Origin: Trichoplax adhaerens
Taxonomy: Eukaryota > Animalia > Placozoa
Direction: 5' to 3'
Length of the DNA: 64,000 nucleotides
Assembly: GCF_000150275.1 (NCBI RefSeq)
Contig: NW_002060947.1
Coordinates: 8,045,880-8,109,879 of the forward strand
Part shown: positions 56,401 through 64,000 of the stretch, piece after piece
Numbering within the stretch: position 1 is the stretch's first letter
Layout of the letters: each line of letters begins with the position of its first letter
Notes under the pieces: generated by a model
The model's database searches: none
What the model saw: only the letters and a program-made list of their open reading frames with translations
What the model was told of the DNA's origin: nothing
Translations under genes and position numbers: made by a program

Positions 56401-57914
56401 TTCCTTGTCATCTAATTTTGGACATGTTGCTCTCGATGCGAATCTATCTATGGTAATCATTCATTCCCCGATAATTATAATACTTCATTAGTGGCAAACA
56501 ATAGTCATTGGTGAATTAATCAGCGTTCCTAGACAGTAGATTACACATAATCATATTGTTCTGATCGTCTACCAATTGAAAGATCTTGCTAGTTTATCTT
56601 TTATTAATGCATATGTTACATACAATCATAGTAAGTTGTATAGCAGGATAAATTAGATTCAATTTTCTTTGTTACATGGACAGTCATTGGCTATTAATCG
56701 ATTAAAAAAAATGGACTGGATGTCCGCACCTCTTTCGTAGTACTCTACGATGGAGGACGGGGGGGGGGGGGAAGAAAAAAAAAGGTAAATTGGGAAGAAA
56801 CATGAGGCGAAAAGTTGGATAAAATAGATAATAATTTATACAGTTGAAAAAGCATTTTTACTGTAAGATAGAGCTTCCGCATGGCTTACCTCTTTTTCGT
56901 ATTTTTTGTTAATAAAAATAAGTTCTTTTTTACCCCGGATTAAACAATTGACATTGTCGACGTCGTCATTGTGGAGAACAGATTTGGTTCCTCCACTACT
57001 AAACCACATCACCTAGTTGTTAGAATCAACATCATGACCGTTATTAGTTAATTAAGAACTGTTGTTTGTTGACACATGTTAGATAGAAAAGTGATTGGCA
57101 TCGATGGATACTGTTCAAATCATGCGATCTCGGTGTTGATTAGGTCGTAATCATTTTCGCCATGATTGAATCAAGTAGTGAAAGAAAATTTGTTTTACAC
57201 TATCAATCTACTGTATACAGTCCTCTAGCAATCGGACGATGAACTTACCTCATCGACATATTTGATAACATCACACGCCAAAACGGAAGGCAAATGGATA
57301 TCTTTCCTAAATGGAGAGTATCAACGATTTTAATATCTTGGTTGTTCATTACCCAAAAGTATACAAATTCAAAGTGGACACAGCGTATAGAGAGGAGTAA
57401 CAGAATGTTATTGCATTGATGAAATGATGGGTTTAATCCTAACTTCCAACTATAGCACAGTTTAATTTGATAAGGTTGAAGATACTCGTATGGACATGAA
57501 CATCATGCAATCTTACTTGAGATATTGGGGAACATTGGCAATCAGGTATTCATCCGTTTGGTTGTAACGTAAAAGAAATTCTTTAAAGGTGGCATCTTCG
57601 CCACCAAGATTGCGAATTTCTTTTTTTCGTTTCTCAACAAACATGGACCAATTTGCTGTTTCCGGAAAGGAAAGGAAATATTCATCAGTCCAACTTTGGA
57701 ACGCTGGAAAAGTCTTGGCAGCACCTTTCATCACTAATGGAACACTCTTCCACACATATTCATTGAAGAAAGTTTTCATACTAGGGAAACCATCGACTTG
57801 GGCGCTTTCAATCAGTGGTCCTGCTTGGCCTAGCGGCTGTAAATGACCTTTCATGTCCGCATCGACTTGATAAGCGACCACTAAAAGACTACAAATGATC
57901 CATGAAACTGCCAT
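53423..57914 (-). CDS. JmjC oxygenase + EF-hand, signal peptide, C-terminal RDEL; paralog E (10 exons)
   Basis: Signal peptide MAVSWIICSLLVVAYQVDA; VMWFSSGGTKSVLHNDDVDNVNCLIRGKK (HND 56965-56973); GDCLFIPYHWYHHVRSYDSNIAVNVWF; EF loop DTNNDGEINIQE; ends NEQRDEL* (TAG 53423-53425). Confidence 0.9.
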
Positions 57915-58270
57915 CTTGATACTCGATCGAAATCAAAGATTATTCTCCGAACTATTTGCTCTTTTTCCAAGGAGTTCTACCTTTCAATTAGCCCACTAAA
58001 TTCAATGAAATGTCCTACTTCCAGTCGATGTTGTAGTTCAACTTAGTGAAAATAATTTTTCTTCTTCTTAATGAAATTTTCCAATGGACCGGAATTACAA
58101 CCACAACACGTCGGCCGTAGGAGAGAGTGAAGCATCGCTCCGACGTGACTCTTGTTACATCGATCCACAGTCTAACCAACCAATCGTCGGCCAGCATCTT
58201 TCCGTCAACGATTGTTTGGAGCGTACGATAGTAGGCGTCACCTCTCACAAACGTACCCACTAAGGGTCTC

Positions 58271-58820
58271 TAGTCCACCCATGACAGTACTGCGCAAGTG
58301 CACATGACTGCATCGCTTTTGAGAATGGCTACAGTACTGTAGTCCACTCATGACAGTACTGCGCAAGTGCGGATGACTGCATCGCTTTTGAGAATCCCTA
58401 CAGTACTGTACATTACTGTACATTGTAACTATAGTGTACAAGGTACTGTAATGGATGACGACCAAGTCCACCCATGACAGTACTGCGCATGACTGGATCG
58501 CTTTGGAGAATCCTTACAGTACTGTACATTGTAACTGTCGTGTACAAGGTACTGTAATAGAAGACGACCAAGTCCACCCATGACAGTACTGCGCATGACT
58601 GTATCGCTTTGGAGAATCCTTAAAAGGATGACCACCTAGTCCAGCCTTGACAGTACTGCGCAAGTGCGCTGTACTGTATCACCTTTGAGAATCCCTACAG
58701 TACTGTACATTGTAACTGTCGTGCACAAGGTACTGTACTGTACAGTAAAGGATGACGACCTCTACAGTACAATGCTACAGTCTATGGTACCATTGTACTG
58801 TAGTGCACAGTACTGTATGT
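58271..58820. repeat. GC-rich tandem array, ~5 copies of a 68-124 bp unit, rich in CAGTACTG/TGTACA/TGCGCA palindromes
   Basis: Unit AGTCCACCCATGACAGTACTGCGCA...ATCGCTTT(T/G)GAGAATCC starts at ~58271, 58340, 58464, 58570 and 58638. It lies between the divergent JmjC paralog E and the CCDC181-like gene. Confidence 0.93.
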
Positions 58821-59439
58821 CCACAACCGACTCCAAGCTGCAGCTGCGCATTCCAACTTGGGGTTGTCATAGAAATATCATAATAATATGATGAATGGTG
58901 GTCAATTAATCCTACCAGCTTTGTTCCAACATCTTCTACTCCAATAGGAACAACATGATGCTGACACTTGTATAGAAGAAATGCAATGTCTGCGCTGCAG
59001 GATAAACGAGATATTTGAAATCGATTATAATAGGCCATAGTAAAGATATCCTTCGCTAATTTATAGCAGTTACGATCCCAATAGATCATTATACTACTTC
59101 GACAAGGCTTTCGCACACAAGCAATTCGCGATCCACACAACCCACCAAAAAGTCAATATCATCGCTATTCACTTTTGCAATAGTCAGAGTGCGATTTTAC
59201 AGACTATTTTATATCCCCTATTTCCCAAGTCGTTCAAGCATATCTACTCATTCGTTGTAGATTGAATAAATAGTTTATTCTAAAGTTGCCATCGGTTGAA
59301 ACAGTTCAACCCCATTTTCAAGTAGGTCATTTTGGATTCGTATATGCCCGTTGCCATTTCAAGCGATAGCCAAATTTGGTTTGCCACTACAAGATAACTT
59401 TATCCTTATAATTATCCTACAATACAAAATCGAAACGAT

Positions 59440-61603
59440 ATGGCTATTCGTGCACAAGAGTATAACTTTCCGGATAGCCCTGATGACGGAAGTCGATTGA
59501 ACTTTGAAAGCGGTAATAGATGGCCAAACTGGAGAGATCGCGAAAAAGATAATTTCTTGAATGATAGCCATGCTGATGATTATCTCTTGAATGGGGATGA
59601 GAAGTCCTCAAGACCATCAAATGATTTCAAGCAACGCGAAAACGCTTATAACAAATGGAAGAATGAGAATAACATCTTGTCTATAAGTAGTAATAGAAAG
59701 AATAAATCGAGCGCTTCTTCGGATACATGGTCAAATTGGAGAGAGCAAGAAGCGGACTTGCACAACGATGATGATAACAATCAGCCACGATCAGATCGGA
59801 GGAAAAGTGAAAGAGATATTAAATGGGGCAATTGGAGAGAGCAAGAAGCGAAATTGTACAACGAAGATGAGAACAATCAGCCTGCATCAAATCGGAGGAA
59901 AAGTGAAAGAGATATTAAATGGGGCAATTGGAGAGACAGAGAAAAAACAGAGAGCAAAAGCGAAGCATTCGATAGTGATGGAATGAAACATTCACAGAGT
60001 TGGAGTAATTGGAGAGAAAAAGAGAACGCTAATAACTTCGATGATAAAGATAAGCCAAACGAATCAAATCAAAGCGAAATGGAGCCAAACAAAATTGAAA
60101 ATTCGCTACATAAGCCTATGCAATGGGAAAATTGGAGAGAAATGGAAAAGAATAATGACAGTGTTAAAAAGTTTATCACTGACACCATAATGGAGAATGA
60201 TGAAGAAGAAGCACTCAAAACTATTGATATACAGCCTCCTAGCAAGAATGAGCCTCAAAATCAAAATGAGATTTCGTCTACTGCAAGTGAACAGATTTTC
60301 AAGACTATAATAGGCCAAGAATTAGACTACCACATTGCACCTAATCCGATAGAATCAACTATTGTCACTTCTCAAATTAATAATTTACAAATAGCAAGTG
60401 ATGAGGAAAATAAGAAAGAGGAAAGCAGTGAAATTTCAGAATCATCAAATGAAGCATCCTCAACGATAGAAGATACACCACTTCAAGAATCAAATTTACA
60501 GGAAAGCGATTCGGTCTTGATAGAAAGAGGAGGCCAATTTGAATTAATAGGCGATAAGGATATGCAAGCACAACAAGATGATTTTAGTATACAAGAAACA
60601 GCAAGCCAACCCGAAACTAATTCATTAAAAGAAACAATTGCTGAAATATTGAATGGTCCAGCAATTACTAAGCAAAGTAATAACGATACTAACAATAAAT
60701 CGATAAATACGTCGAGCCCTTCTTCACCAAAGCCGATAAGAAAAAAAATAATTAGGCCACGCACTGCTCCGGCTACCATAAGACGTAATAATGAATACGA
60801 CTACATACAGTCAAGTTACGGACTAACTCCTTATCAAAAGCAATTGTTAGCCAAGAAAAAGAGATTGTTAGCTGAAATGGAGGCTGAAAGAAAGCTAAAA
60901 GAAGAAGAAACAAAAAGGAAAGCGCGTGAAGATGCAGAAGCAGCCTTTAGGGCATGGCTGCAGTCAAAAAGAGAGGAAGCCTTTGAGAGAAGATTACAAG
61001 AAAATAATTTAGACCCTGAAAAAGAAAGAAAAAAGAAAGAATTGCAAGCTGAAAGGTGTCGAGAAGTATATCAAGCCTGGTTACGTGATAAAGCAGATAG
61101 AGTTAAACAAGCTCGAAAGCTTGAAGATCAACAAAGGCAAGAAGAAGACGCTTATAAAATTGAGCATAGTAAACGACAGTGTGAAAAAGCCTTTACATTG
61201 TAAGTGAAAATAATACGTGATACTCCGTTTTCGATCATACTATAGGACATCAATAAAATTATTGCATGTAAATCGTTCAATAGCATCAGTTTTAATTCTT
61301 GGCATACTATTCTAAATATATTAAGATGGCTTCGAAGGAAAGCTCAGGAAAAGAAAGCAGAAGAAATGGCTAGAATTAAATTTAAGAGAAGCCAAAGGCG
61401 TGCAAAGAATAAATCACAAAAGCCTTTGCAAACAAAGTATGTATCAGAATAATGATTTTCACAGCAACTGGCTTTTACTTTTTATGATATTTATATTAAA
61501 ATTTCTCCCAGGACTACATAATTTTCCGTAGATGCTTTGTTAATATACGTAACAATATTTCTATTCTTCCATTTACAGATATATCGACTTATTTACATTA
61601 TAA
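59440..61603 (+). CDS. CCDC181: Coiled-coil domain-containing protein 181-like (ciliary/microtubule-associated) with N-terminal WxNWR repeats
   Basis: Long exon 59440-61199, exon 61326-61436 and a probable last exon 61579-61603 (3' end uncertain). Motifs resemble CCDC181 as I recall it: VLIERGGQFELI, RPRTAP, SSYGLTPYQKQL, AEAAFRAWLQSKRE, YQAWLRDK, EKAFTLWLRRK coiled-coil tail. Confidence 0.72.
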
Positions 61604-64000
61604 GGATGAAACAGTCAGAATCTAAAATTTTGGCGTAAACAACGTATGAATGAATTCGCTATTATTTCTTACCAGACTTCAAAGCAAATAAGACCACTAG
61701 CTTCAATGCATACCGAAATTTATTCAGAAATGCTTCATCATAGGGGTTGAAGAGTTATTGCTACGGAAAGAATCTTATGATTTAGTACGCCAACAATTAA
61801 TTTCAAACTTTGTAGGCAAACCTGTACACACATTTTTATTTATACATATTTAAAATCTCATACTACACTTGATAAATTGAATTTCATAGGTAATGGAAGT
61901 GTATAAAGTACTAAAAATATAGCAGTAAAAGCTGTAATCTACTCCATGTGCCTTGAAATCGATGTTGTAGTTTACATACTAATTGAATTTCAATTTTTAA
62001 TGCCCAGATGGTTATAGTTTGATACCTACAGTAAATACTGTATGTTACATATAGTAAACCTAATGCACACTAATGAAATAGTAATCTTTTATATTAATAT
62101 CGACGTGATTTAGCGCTCAAGATAAAATCGAACTCTATTGCAAGTTGATGTAGAAACGTAATTATTACCCTACGATTGGAAAGACGCTAAAAGGAATTTT
62201 TAATCAGAAATTTTCTATTTTAATTTATATCATTTTACTAAATTTAAAGTTATCTATAAAAAATGACAGTCCTTAATCTTGTAATACAGTAATGATTAAC
62301 TGTAAATTATAATCATGAAAAACTATAAATAATGCATAATTTTTGAAAGACGACAATGAAGATCGGCAAATTATTTGACAAATTTAATTGTTGTGAAAAT
62401 GCGTATGCTTATTAAAAGCTATATCAGATTATCTAATAAAAGAACGGTTCCTGATGAAAATAATTTGGGTGATGTTCTTGTTTCTGCAAACAAGATTATA
62501 ATTAAATGGTAGATCTCGGTAAAGACGATCATACCACAAACACAAATAATCTGAATTACATAGTCTTTTATCGCTTTCTTTCACAGCCATTTAAATTCTG
62601 CTTTATAGGTTAGACTAACAAAGATGTTTGATCAAGTTGTTATTGCATGCCCGGCAAATAGATCCACGAAAAAACAAATTTATAATTAAGCAGTTAAATT
62701 ATTATCTGAAAACTTGATCATGGATGAATCAGTCATTATTACTCCCCATCAACTAATCCAATTACTTATTAGACAGGGTACGATGCTTTCAAACGTACTG
62801 GTACAGAATTACTAGTGACTAATGGTGAATCATATCATACTGTCCTTCTATCAATAGCCTAGTTATTAAACTTTCAAATCATTTGTAGAAATAATCAAGT
62901 CCATATACTTTCAGACAGCTGTAGTTTTGGATAATTATAATATATTTCCTTTCGGTAATCTACTAAAACTCCCAATATTGTAACCAATTCTAAAATAGCC
63001 GTACTTGTCAGGGTTAAAAATATTGATAGTGAAGTTAAGTCAAACCGGTTAAAAAAGATAGAGAGAAGCTAGCTTGAAAAGTCAATCTTCTTCTAAGACT
63101 CTTAAAATAATGGAGTATATCGTATTAGTCGCAATAAAGAGTAGACGATCATTGGATAAGGTCGATATCATAAAAGCCTTACCAATATGGTGCTGTATAT
63201 GGGTATATTGTACGTTCACCGTGCAATGCCATGGAATACTAGATAATACAGTATATCAAGTAGTCCATGGCAGTTGTACACTACATTATTTCTCCACTTG
63301 ATCTAGCACCGATAAATAATTAAATTGCCATTGTGCCGTTATTCAAGAACAAGCTATTCCTATTCTCTATTTAGCATCTGGTAAAAGTCCCCTCATAAAT
63401 AAGACGATAAAAGCCATCAAATGAAAGCCACTGATTTACTCCTCCTGTTGTGCTTTCTTTCAAACAACTTACCGCTGTTCTAATTATAATAAATTAATAT
63501 CTAATTTTTATCTTAAAATGGCCAAATGATGCGGATAAGTCTTCTATTGAAAACTACAAAAATCTTGATGAACATCCGCTTAGAGGCATATCATACAAGA
63601 TATTATCCATACTGGGTCTTAGTATTTAAAATGCACTATAATTAGGATATTGACGTCAAGTATTATGATCAGGAAATTCTAGCGAGATGTGGCAGAGGTT
63701 CGGTACAATAATACACTATAGCAGCCAATTAAACATCTATTTGGACTAAAGACCAAATTCGATCGCTGTCATATAAAATGTGCAATAATAAGTATATAAA
63801 TAATAAAACAATTGATCAATTTTAGAATGATATTAACATTAATTATATTAGTCTGCTCCAACTTTGCTGTCTCATTATGTGCTTGCATTATCCTTCGGGC
63901 TATATACTAATTTATGCATGTAATAGCATATCTCATTTAATATTAGCTTCTATTCCGATACTGACTATAGGATAGTGTTTAAAATGGCAATAGAGAATAG

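Noticed and set aside
56759-56784. Poly-G followed by an A-rich run in an intron of JmjC paralog E
   Set aside because: It is a simple homopolymer tract of possibly unreliable length, with no sign of a retro-insertion or target-site duplication.
29068-57914. Naming the JmjC genes KDM8/JMJD5, HIF1AN or JMJD8
   Set aside because: The signal peptide, EF-hand and xxEL tail do not fit KDM8 or FIH, and orthology to JMJD8 cannot be established without a phylogeny.
58015-59140. Several 68-121 aa ORFs around the second array
   Set aside because: They overlap repeat or promoter DNA, mostly use non-ATG starts, and show no homology or splice-consistent structure.
59521-60150. WxNWR repeats as a neuropeptide precursor
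   Set aside because: There is no signal peptide and no regular Gly-dibasic processing sites, and the ORF continues into a CCDC181-like coiled coil.
61700-64000. Possible gene in the final 2.3 kb (ORF 63074-63301)
   Set aside because: TTG start, no motif and no traceable exon chain.

Overview
AT-rich eukaryotic genomic DNA with many short spliceosomal introns. It looks like an early-branching animal, possibly a placozoan such as Trichoplax (inference from composition and gene content). In order, the window holds: (1) two tandem mitochondrial-clan cytochrome P450 genes on +, the first intact and the second apparently pseudogenised by an in-frame TGA and a lost splice acceptor; (2) a small 4-exon YccV/HspQ (hemimethylated-DNA-binding-like) domain gene on +; (3) MMS22L on -; (4) a GC-rich ~107-bp tandem array with internal inverted repeats; (5) five head-to-tail paralogous genes on -, each encoding signal peptide + FIH/JMJD5-type JmjC (Cupin_8) 2OG/Fe(II) oxygenase domain + EF-hand + C-terminal ER-retrieval signal (RDEL, HEEL, QDEL, HEEL, RDEL); (6) a second GC-rich tandem array; (7) a CCDC181-like gene on + with an N-terminal WxNWR repeat region. 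The most notable item is the five-gene cluster of predicted ER-luminal, Ca2+-binding JmjC hydroxylases, which is bracketed by the two palindrome-rich arrays. All exon structures were traced by eye from GT/AG sites and reading frame and need RNA-seq confirmation.
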